A stretch of 64,000 nt of DNA, from assembly GCA_004431415.1 (NCBI GenBank), contig QPMI01000562.1, positions 1 through 64,000 on the forward strand, in the 5' to 3' direction. This document shows, one piece after another, positions 1 to 9,671 of this stretch. A program made the position numbers and the translations under genes. Origin of the DNA: Cyanophora paradoxa CCMP329. Lineage: Eukaryota > Plantae > Glaucophyta. The notes under the pieces were generated by a model. It saw only the letters and a program-made list of their open reading frames with translations, made no database searches and had not been told where the DNA came from. Each line of letters starts with the position of its first letter. Position 1 is the stretch's first letter.

Positions 1-85
1 CCAGTGGATCCATTAAAACATTTTAAATTGCGTTTAGAACATCCTAAAATAAAATATCCCTTAGAATAGGAACAAGTTAGGAATA

Positions 86-3000
86 ATGCCCCGAATTACC
101 AACAAACTCATAAGGGAGAAGAAATGGGAACTCATGGGATTGCTGGGAACACTTTATGCAGCCCATGAAATTACAGAGGCTGAATATGACCGGAAATAGA
201 TTTAATTGCAAAGGGCAGACCCACTTTAAGCAGATTAACCAGAAAAGCAAATAACCTATATGATAAAATTGAAACCTTGGATGAATTGGATAGGCTTAGG
301 CAAATAGAACCAGATGCAGAAGATGGAACAGCCATGAATGAATTATATCGCTGGCTCACTTACAGAGCCAGAAGGGAAGTTGTTGTAGATGTGATTGAAT
401 TCCTGGATAGAATTGCTACATCCCTTCCAAATCGATTAAAGCAGGGTTTAGATCAATTCAGGGCAATCAAGGTTCGCTTGTCTTTTATCTGCAAGTTCGT
501 TAAAGTGAGCAATCCACAGGTTTGGATATCGAAATACATTTACAGTGATTACTTTGTATTAACCAGGTCGAGAAATATTCGAACTGAGCTGAATAAAGCA
601 GCCCAAATGTGTCAGGAGCAGATGAATGTGGTTGATAGCTATCGCTTAGAAAGAATTGAAATACTCAGAGTGGCTATTATGAGTTATGCTCCAACTGGTG
701 GATGCTTTCTACAAACCCCAGAGTGGATTGCTAGGAAGAGAGCCACAGTAAATATTCGAAATATTGATGATTCCTGCTTCGAAAATGCAATTTTGGCATA
801 TATTCACAGAAAAGCGATAAACTCCCATAAGAGGAATGAGCTTTCACAATATCGCAAATGGAAATACTCAGCAATCGCTTATAATCCGCTGGCTCTCAAT
901 TTCGATAACATCCCATTCCCTGTTGCCTGTGATGCTGAAATAATTGATAAATTCGAGGCTCAAAATGCAGGCATTAGCATTAATATATTCGGAATCGATG
1001 GAGAGGTTGTTTATCCCCTGCATCAATCCAGTTACCCAGGCAGAAAGCATAAGGTTAATCTCATGCTGATATTTGATGATGAAGGGAATGGTCATTATAT
1101 TACAATCATGTCCCTTTCAAGATTATTGAAAGTAAACCATGAAACATACAATGATCAGAAGTTACACTACTGTGACACATGCTTATCTCGATTCAGGTCT
1201 GAGGCTAAACTCACTGCTCATGTGGACTCAAATAGATGCATTGATTGGAGACTCTCAAAGGGATCACACCAAAACCTGAGACCACCATAGAGTTTGGACT
1301 GAAAAACCTCAGGAAAACTGTTTGGCTTCCTGTTGTGGTTTACTGCAAGATTGAACATAGAAGCATCCCCATTGATGCATCAAAATCTAAGAGGGAAGTC
1401 TCAGCAGTCAACCTGAGAGTAGTCACTGGGGCAGATGTTCAGGAGTTTCGATTTGAGGGTCAGGATCCAATGGGAGGTCTCTTTGAATGCTTGGAGTCCA
1501 AAGCAAGAGAACTAATCGATTTCCTGTTTACCAACATTCCTATGAATGAACTCACAGATGAGCAGAAAGCAATTTACAGAGCTACCAAACACTGTTACCT
1601 TTGCAGTGAGAGGTTCACTAAGGAGAACTTCAAATGCAGGGATCATGATCACCACACAGGTCATTACATTGCACCTGCATGCAGAAACTGCAATCTCCAT
1701 AGGAGAATCTCAAAGCAAACAAAAGTAGCAGTGGTTGTTGACCAAATGGATGACTGTGGGACATTCATTTTCAGAAAAATAGCAGGCATGGGTGATAAAA
1801 AGCGAATCGAAATCCTTTCGAAAAACTTTGATCAATACCTTTCATTGCAATGGGGTCTTTACAAGTTCATTGATGCAAGTAATTTTATGGAATTTGGGGC
1901 TGCTGATGTAGATGAGTTAATGGACAAATTCCAAGCCTTCAGAAGGCTTTCACACTCAGTATATGGATTGGACCCAGTTCATTATGTATCTGCACCTGGG
2001 TTATCTTGGGATGCTATGCTTAGGACCACCAAGGCAAAAATAGAGCTTATAAGTGATGTAGAGCAATACGAATTTGTTGAGAGGGGAATCAGGGGTGGCT
2101 TTGCAACAATGCCTTGTAGGTATGCTGAGGCTGATGGTGAGAACTCCCATATAATGCTGTTTGATGCTAACAACTTGTATGGCTACTGTTTGAGTCAGCC
2201 AATTCCAGTTGGTGATTTTAGATGGGAGACCGAATTCAACCCACAAGATAACAGATCCAGTTTCCTGGAAGTTGATCTGGAATACCCAATAAGGCTATAT
2301 CTAGACCACAGTGATTTCCCCCTAATTATTAACAAGAAAATAGTAGAATATGCGGAATTATCACAATATCAAAAGAGCCTGTTGGATCTTTCAGGAGAAG
2401 AGCTTGATAAGACCCCTAAGCTAACTGCAACCTTTGGTTCTGTGGCAAACTATGTGATTTCTGAGCCTCTTCTGCAATATCTGTTGGACAAAGGTGTGAA
2501 ATTAAAGAAAATTCACAGGGTCCTCTCATTTACTGTGGCTCCTGTAATGAAACCCTACATTGAGCTGAATACTGAGATGAGAAGGAAAGCAGTGAATAAA
2601 TTCGAGGCTGATTTCTATAAACTCATGAATAACTCAATCTATGGGAAATGCATTGAATCTTGCAGAGGTAGATCTGTGGTTAAGATTGCAAACAGTGAGA
2701 AACTGTTTATGAAATATGCAGCTTCCCCATTGGTGAAATCAACAAGTCCCATAAACGAAAAAGCAGTTGCCTTTGAGTTTTACACAAAGCATGTGAAACT
2801 AGATAAGCCTGTTGCAATTGGGGCTTATGTTCTGGATGCAGCCAAACTGCATAACTACAAGTTCTTCTATGATACTGTAAGGTCCCAATGGACAAAAGCA
2901 AAGTTACTATTCCATGATACTGACTCCTTTTGTCTATATATCGAATCTAAGACCCTACAAAAAGATATAGAGAATATATCTTATGCCTTGGACCTAGGGG

Positions 3001-3329
3001 GATCTAACAGAATGACCCCAGGTAAATACAAAAATGAGATGCCAGGTTCTGCTATATTGGAATATGTGGGTCTGAGAGCCAAAGTTTACAGTTTCAGAAC
3101 TGCTGAGATTGAGAGAAGTAAGCTCTCTGGGACTTCAACTGAGGAACTCCAATTTAATGATTTTAAGCAGTGTTTATTTGCAGGTATAAGCAAGACTGTG
3201 ACTGCCAAGCAGAAGAGAAGGGCAGATCACACAATAATAGACACTGTGAGTAGAAGGGTTGCCCTAAACTGCTTTGATGCAAAGAGATACATCTTACCAG
3301 ATGGTATTAATTCTGTTCCTTTTAATTAA
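86..3329 (+). pseudogene. Protein-primed family B DNA polymerase, copy A, split by two 1-nt deletions (~193, ~1,262)
   Basis: ATG at 86 gives MPRITNKLIREKKWELMG, matching the copy B N-terminus. Motifs DANNLYG, KLMNNSIYGK and HDTDS are present. Both breaks are single-base losses in short runs (gaccgg(g)aa; ggga(a)tc) and may be consensus errors. Confidence 0.85.
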
Positions 3330-3332
3330 GAG

Positions 3333-4718
3333 ATGCCAGCAACTGGAAGAATAGTTAGGAGAACCACTGAGCAACTACAAGGTAACCTACTGCCTATCAC
3401 AGTTCCCAAGGAGGAAAAGGGAGAATCTCGAATTGTAAAAAAGTCAGAGATGAAAGAGCTTGTCCCAGTAGAGATCCCAGTTGCTATTGCAGTGAAAGAA
3501 ACCAGCAAGATTGCCAAGAGATTCTATGATGTGAGAACTGGTTACAAAGGGCTTCAAGCTATGAGGGCTGAGTTACCTGATGAATCCTATAAGCAGTTGC
3601 AAGAGTTCTATAAAAAACAAGAAGTTGTTCAGATCAATGCACCTGCTATATCTAGGAAGAGAGATCCCATGGTCCCAATTAGGCAACCCCTTGATACCTA
3701 TGTGATTGATTTGCTCTTTTTCCCAGCTTATAAGAAACAAAACAATGGCTATGATACCTTTATGACTGCAATGGAATCTACACTGAGAACTGGGTATATC
3801 ATACCTATAAGGGATAAATCAGCTCTCACTACATTAGCTGCATTTAAACAGCTTGAGATGAGAGTGGCAAGACCCATAGTAAAGGTTCAATCAGATGCTG
3901 GAAGTGAATTCCAAAATCGAATATTCCAGGAGTATTTATCTAGTAAATTCATAGAACACCAAGTGAGTGGAACTGCTGACCACAGAAGCCAAGGTCGAAT
4001 TGAAGCCTTTAACAAGCAGATTAAGAGACTGATCACAAACTACTGCATAGCCAATAACACAGCTAGATTCTTTGATGTGTTAGGTGATATTGAGTATAAT
4101 TACAATTATACAGTCCACTCAGCTACTAAGATGAAGCCAGGCGAAACTACAGAGGAGAATTATAGGTATATAGTGGGATTAGAAGATGAGAGATTCAAGA
4201 AATCAATAGCTTACCTTGATACCATGCAGCCTGGCATGTTTGTTAGAGTGAAAGTTGAGAAAAACCCCTTTGCTAAACAGGGTAACAATTGGTCTAGGAT
4301 GGTTTACACTGTTGATAGTAGAGAAGGCTTTAAGTTTAAGCTAAGGAGTCCCACTGGTGAGATCATAGATAACAGGTTTGCTTTCCATGAGCTGTTGCCT
4401 GTGAATGCAGTGGAGTATCTGGAGACCCCTACAGTGGATGCCTTAGAGCAAGCCAAGGAGGAAGCCAGGGTTGATGCTGCTATAAGGAGAGAGGGCATAG
4501 AAGCTGCTAATGAAGTCCCAGATAAGCCTTTGATAGAGGCTAGGAAGGAGAAGGCTGGGAAAGTTAGCAGGGAACTCAAAAAGCTCACCATAGCAGGGAC
4601 ACAGAAACTTTCAGAAGTGAATAGCCAAAGGTGGTATAATGACTTTCAGACTACTAAGGAGTCATATACAGCCCCTAAACCTCAGAGAACACTAAGAGAA
4701 AGGACCAAAACTAGCTAG
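3333..4718 (+). CDS. rve/DDE integrase (Polinton type), copy A
   Basis: YVIDLLFFP ... VQSDAGSEF ... QGRIEAFNKQIK ... YNYTVHSATKMKP; about 6 aa differences from copy B. Confidence 0.93.
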   Translation: MPATGRIVRRTTEQLQGNLLPITVPKEEKGESRIVKKSEMKELVPVEIPVAIAVKETSKIAKRFYDVRTGYKGLQAMRAELPDESYKQLQEFYKKQEVVQINAPAISRKRDPMVPIRQPLDTYVIDLLFFPAYKKQNNGYDTFMTAMESTLRTGYIIPIRDKSALTTLAAFKQLEMRVARPIVKVQSDAGSEFQNRIFQEYLSSKFIEHQVSGTADHRSQGRIEAFNKQIKRLITNYCIANNTARFFDVLGDIEYNYNYTVHSATKMKPGETTEENYRYIVGLEDERFKKSIAYLDTMQPGMFVRVKVEKNPFAKQGNNWSRMVYTVDSREGFKFKLRSPTGEIIDNRFAFHELLPVNAVEYLETPTVDALEQAKEEARVDAAIRREGIEAANEVPDKPLIEARKEKAGKVSRELKKLTIAGTQKLSEVNSQRWYNDFQTTKESYTAPKPQRTLRERTKTS

Positions 4719-5205
4719 TTTGCTAGCCGAAAACTCGTTTTTTGAAATATATGTATGTGTGATATACATATATGCATATGATATACACGTCAACTTGTAG
4801 ATCTTTTCAAGCGCTTCACAACGCTATGCAGAACGTTGCGAGTGGACAATCTGGTGATGAGATACAAGCGTTTGAAGATGCCGATTATCGATTTTTCGAG
4901 ATTTCGGAATGATGCATCATAATGATGTAATAATGATGTATCATAAACATATAACATATATATATCGCCGTGATCGTCATGATCTCCCGAGTTCGATGGT
5001 GTGTCATATATATCATATACATTTGCATCGTCATTATGACATCATTTCGTAAAATTACACGTCCGTCATCGTCTTTTTCCGCAGCGAACAGATAAGTGAA
5101 CAGTTAAGGAGACAACTATTGTAATAGTGGACTGCAACAACAATTGAAAACAAGATCTGTGGGAAAGCTATTGAAAGACAATGAAGCAAATTGCGAACAA
5201 TTAAG

Positions 5206-5284
5206 TGAACAGTTAAGTGGACACCTGTTGGGAGTAGGCAGTGTCTACTCGTTTATCGTGAAACGGTGTCCACTTAACTGTTCA
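5206..5284. repeat. 20-bp inverted repeat TGAACAGTTAAGTGGACACC (copy A; same structure at ~7,716-7,793 in B)
   Basis: Arms at 5,206-5,225 and 5,265-5,284, with a GAGTAG/CTACTC mini-stem in the loop. Confidence 0.9.
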
Positions 5285-5512
5285 TTTAACTGTTGACGAA
5301 AACCCAAGCATTATGACATCATATCATTAAACCCCATACAAAACACTAAAATGCATGTATCTCTTCACCAACTCATCGCCTGACAAAACCAAAAACAGAT
5401 TCGGAATCCTCTTGACAAGACCTGCGTGACGATGTAAGTATCATAGGCTCAATAAATCATATGTTTAAAGGCATCTCCCCTTGATTCCCCCTATTATATT
5501 ATATTTATATTT

Positions 5513-5950
5513 AAGTGGACTCAAGGTTGACTCATATTAATCGTAAAAGTAGTAAAAGTATATGGATTTTGTTACGAATTCAATGCAAGGGTTGACTAAG
5601 TGGGTTGAGTTGACTCAAATTTCACAGGAAATATTTGGGACCTAAAGTTTTCTAAAAAGGATTTCAAAAAATGTGTCAACTCCCCCCACTTAGTCAACCC
5701 TGACCATAAACAGTAAGGATTTGAGCTAACATGTATCACAAAGTGAACATATTGAGTCCACTTAGAAGATCCACTTTTGAAATCCAAGTTGATTTTGCTT
5801 GAAATTTCAAAGTTGATCTAAAAGTGAGTCCACCCTGATTGATTATGGTAACAAAGTTGACTAAGTTGACTAAGTTGAGTCATATTAAGAAATTCAAGGA
5901 GACTAAGAGTTCAAAATGTTAATGAAAAGTGAGTCAACTTAGACCACTTA
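5513..5950. repeat. Cluster of GT(T/G)GACT iteron-like motifs in both orientations
   Basis: aagtggactc, ggttgactc, gggttgactaagtggg...cccacttagtcaaccc, aagttgactaagttgactaagttgag, gagtcaactt. Confidence 0.75.
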
Positions 5951-6001
5951 TGGTAACAAATTTAAATATTTAATTGATTTAATCGGAAAAGAACATGATT
6001 T

Positions 6002-6224
6002 AATCGAATTTATTGATATAATTCCGATTAGATTCATTTAGGATTCAATTAAGATCAATCGAAGTTATTCATATAATTCCGATTAACTACAATTAAGATA
6101 CAATATCGATTAATCGAGTTTATCGATATAACATCGATTAAATTAATTGAAATGCATATAAAAATATGAAAATTCATGTGAAAATTCAAATACATTAATC
6201 GATTTTATTGATATAACATCGAAT
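6002..6224 (+). repeat. Four degenerate ~29-bp direct repeats at the end of copy A
   Basis: aatcgaatttattgatataattccgatta-like units start at ~6,002, 6,057, 6,112 and 6,197. Confidence 0.75.
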
Positions 6225-6638
6225 CACACATATGAATATTCATATTTTAATCCTGAGGCGGAAGGGGGGTCTGCGCTTGTTTTTTCGATGAGTGTCTCGG
6301 AGCCGCCGACGACGCGCTCCGATTGGCGGCCTCGCCTGCCCGCGAGGCGGCGGCGATCCCCCGCTCGCGCCGCGGCTCGTTTGCGAAGGCGGTAGCGCCG
6401 ATCATTTCCGCTCTGACGCACCGCCGTTCGAGCCGCGTGTCCGCCGCATCGGCCAGCGAGAGCGAGGCCCTCGTGCCCGCTGGCGATCGCGTGCACGTGC
6501 CTTACTACGAACTCTAGGCGCCGCGGCGCTGCCTCCAGATCCGAGGCTCGGATTTTAGATAGCACTACACTAGATTGCTTCAAACTTTGAATTTCATGAT
6601 ACTTCGAATTCCAAAAATGCGTATTGTTATGTTTTAGA

Positions 6639-6644
6639 GAGACT
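6639..6644 (+). repeat. Left target-site duplication GAGACT
   Basis: Identical to 34,027-34,032, and both copies abut the TIR ends. Confidence 0.95.
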
Positions 6645-7523
6645 ACACATAGTAAAATGCGGAGTTTTAACCCTCGGCTTATCTTAATTGATTTTGTTCA
6701 TATATCTCGTATATTCTATTTCAATCAATCGATAATCTGTGTATATCTTATCGAATATTCAATTATTTCGATTATTTTGTATTCTTTTCGATATTTTATC
6801 GTAAATTTCTCTTATTTTCCGATTAGTCTTACTGATTCTATCGATAATCTGTATAAAATTCCGAATAATATAACTGAATCTCAATTAGATCTTGCCTCTG
6901 GTTAAAACTCCGCATTTTACTATGTGTGATTGGTCTAAAAGTTAATTGATTTAATCGATATTATATTCATGTACTTTCTCGATTAAATTTAATTAAATTT
7001 AATTCATTTAATCGGAAACATATCGCTTAACTCGATTAAGATCCATATTAGATTCATTTGTTTAATAAAACAAATCGATCTCTTATTGAATTCAATCGTA
7101 ATTATACATGAAATTGATATGTTTTTCTCATGTTTTAATGAGTCTAAGGGGGTCCCTTAAGAATTTAATGAATAATTGGGTGTCACAGGTGTCACAGGTC
7201 CATCCCATCGAAAGGGAAAATCACTCTTTATAGGGCTTGAGCTGGGATAGACCTGTGACACCTGTGACACATACCATATTCAGTAAGGACCTCATATATT
7301 GTTAAAATCTCAGTGTTAGTTGGTGTAGTTGATTCAAAAAATGCATTTATACTCTGATTCATTGTTATTTCCTGTGAAATTTGAGTCAACTCAACCCACT
7401 TAGTCAACCCTTGCATTGAATTCGTAACAAAATCCATATACTATTACTACTTTTACGATTAATATGAGTCAACCTTGAGTCCACTTTAATATAAATATAA
7501 TATAATAGGGGGAATCAAGGGGA
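6645..7523 (+). repeat. Left TIR (879 bp)
   Basis: Reverse complement of 33,147-34,026. The only difference I noticed is a G5/G6 run at ~7,150. Confidence 0.95.
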
Positions 7524-8282
7524 GATGCTTATAAACATATGAATTATTGAGCCTATGATACTTACATCGTCAGGCAGGCCTCGTTAAGAGGATTCCTAAT
7601 CTGTTTTTGGTTTTGTCACATGATGAGTTGGTGAAGAGATACATGCATTTTAGTGTTTTGTATGTGGTTTAATGATATGATGTCATAATGCATGGGTTTT
7701 CGTCAACAGTTAAATGAACAGTTAAGTGGACACCGTTTCACGATAAACGAGTAGACACTGCCTACTCCCAACAGGTGTCCACTTAACTGTTCACTTAATT
7801 GTTCGCAATTTGCTTCATTGTCTTTCAATAGCTTTCCCGCATATCTTGTTTTCAATTGTTGTTGCAGTACACTATTACAATAGTTGTCTCGTTAACTGTT
7901 CACTTATCTGTTCGCTGCGGAAAAAAGACGATGACGGACGTGTTATGTTACGAAATGATGTCATAATGACGATGCATATGTATATGATATATATGACACA
8001 CCATCGAACTCGGGAGATCATGACGATCACGGCGATATATATATGTTATGTGTTTATGATACATCATTATTACATCATTATGATGCATCATTCCGAAATC
8101 TCGAAAAATCGATAATCGGCATCTTCAAACGCTTGTATCTCATCACCAGATTATCAAATCGCAACGTTCTGCATATCGCTGTGAAGCGCTTGAAAAGATC
8201 TACAAGACAATGTGTATATCATATGCATATATGTATATCAGTCATACATATATTTGGAAAAAACGAGTTTTCGGCTAGCAAA

Positions 8283-9668
8283 CTAGCTAGTTTTGGTCCT
8301 CTCTCTTAGTGTTCTTTGAGGTTTAGGGGCTGTATATGACTCCTTAGTAGTCTGAAAGTCACTATACCATCTCTGGCTATTCACTTCTGAAAGTTTCTGT
8401 GTGCCTGCTATGGTGAGCTTTTTGAGTTCCCTATTAACTTTCCCAGCCTTCTCCTTCCTAGCCTCTATCAAAGGCTTATCTGGGACTTCATTAGCAGCTT
8501 CTATGCCTTCTCTCCTTATAGCAGCATCAACCCTAGCTTCCTCTTTAGCTTGCTCTAAGGCATCTACTGTAGGGGTTTCCAGATACTCAACTGCATTCAC
8601 AGGCAACAGCTCATGGAAAGCAAACCTGTTATCTATGATCTCTCCAGTGGGACTCTTTAGCTTAAACTTAAAGCCTTCCCTACTATCAACAGTGTAAACC
8701 ATCCTAGACCAATTGTTACCCTGTTTAGCAAAGGGGTTCTTCTCTACTTTCACTCTAACAAACATGCCAGGCTGCATGGTATCAAGATAAGCTATTGATT
8801 TCTTGAATCTTTCATCTTCTAATCCTACTATATACCTATAATGCTCCTCTGTAGTTTCACCTGGCTTCATCTTAGTAGCTGAGTGAACTGTATTATTGTA
8901 ATTAAACTCAATATCACCCAACACATCAAAGAATCTAGCTGTGTTATTAGCTATGCAGTAGTTTGTGATCAATCTCTTAATCTGCTTGTTAAAGGCTTCA
9001 ATTCGACCTTGGCTCCTATGGTCTGCAGTTCCACTCACTTGGTGTTCTATGAATTTACTAGATAAATACTCCTGGAATATTCGATTTTGGAATTCACTTC
9101 CAGCATCTGATTGAACCTTTACTATGGGTCTTGCCACTCTCATCTCAAGCTGTTTAAATGCAGCTAATGTAGTGAGAGCTGATTTATCCCTTATAGGTAT
9201 GATATACCCAGTTCTCAGTGTTGATTCCATTGCAGTCATAAAGGTATCATAGCCATTGTTTTGTTTCTTATAAGCTGGGAAAAAGAGCAAATCAATCACA
9301 TAGGTATCAAGGGGTTGCCTTATTGGGACCATGGGATCTCTCTTCCTAGATATAGCAGGTGCATTGATCTGAACTACCTCTTGCTTTTTATAGAACTCTT
9401 GCAACTGCTTATAGGATTCATCTGGTAACTCAGCCCTCATAGCTTGAAGCCCTTTGTAACCAGTTCTCACATCATAGAATCTCTTGGCAATCTTGCTAGT
9501 TTCTTTCACTGCAATAGCAACTGGGATCTCTACTGGGACAAGCTCTTTCATCTCAGACTTTTTGACAATTCGAGATTCCCCTTTTTCCTCCTTTGGAACT
9601 GTGATAGGCAGTAGGTTACCTTGCAGTTGCTCAGTGGTTCTCCTTACTATTCTTCCAGTTGCTGGCAT
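8283..9668 (-). CDS. rve/DDE integrase (Polinton type), copy B
   Basis: YVID, QSDAGSEF and RIEAFN catalytic motifs in an intact 461-aa ORF. Confidence 0.93.
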   Translation of the reverse strand: MPATGRIVRRTTEQLQGNLLPITVPKEEKGESRIVKKSEMKELVPVEIPVAIAVKETSKIAKRFYDVRTGYKGLQAMRAELPDESYKQLQEFYKKQEVVQINAPAISRKRDPMVPIRQPLDTYVIDLLFFPAYKKQNNGYDTFMTAMESTLRTGYIIPIRDKSALTTLAAFKQLEMRVARPIVKVQSDAGSEFQNRIFQEYLSSKFIEHQVSGTADHRSQGRIEAFNKQIKRLITNYCIANNTARFFDVLGDIEFNYNNTVHSATKMKPGETTEEHYRYIVGLEDERFKKSIAYLDTMQPGMFVRVKVEKNPFAKQGNNWSRMVYTVDSREGFKFKLKSPTGEIIDNRFAFHELLPVNAVEYLETPTVDALEQAKEEARVDAAIRREGIEAANEVPDKPLIEARKEKAGKVNRELKKLTIAGTQKLSEVNSQRWYSDFQTTKESYTAPKPQRTLRERTKTS

Positions 9669-9671
9669 CTC

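Larger units (their letters stand above)
1..6258 (+). mobile_element. Polinton-like virus copy A, partial (pPolB, integrase, non-coding end); continues beyond the left edge of the window
   Basis: Mirror-image homologue of 7,370-12,950 of copy B. Near-identity to B's end region stops at ~5,633. AT-rich sequence ends abruptly at ~6,258, where GC-rich host DNA begins. Confidence 0.9.

Noticed and set aside
6002-6224. CRISPR-like array
   Set aside because: Repeats are degenerate, spacing is irregular, spacers are low-complexity and there are no cas-like genes.
6323-6517. Possible last exon of a host gene between the two viruses
   Set aside because: Plausible composition but no recognisable motif or upstream exon.
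6624-8309. ORFs within TIR and subterminal DNA (also 5,596-5,787 and 33,233-34,104)
   Set aside because: Non-ATG starts or biased composition; several cross the element boundary or are not conserved between A and B.
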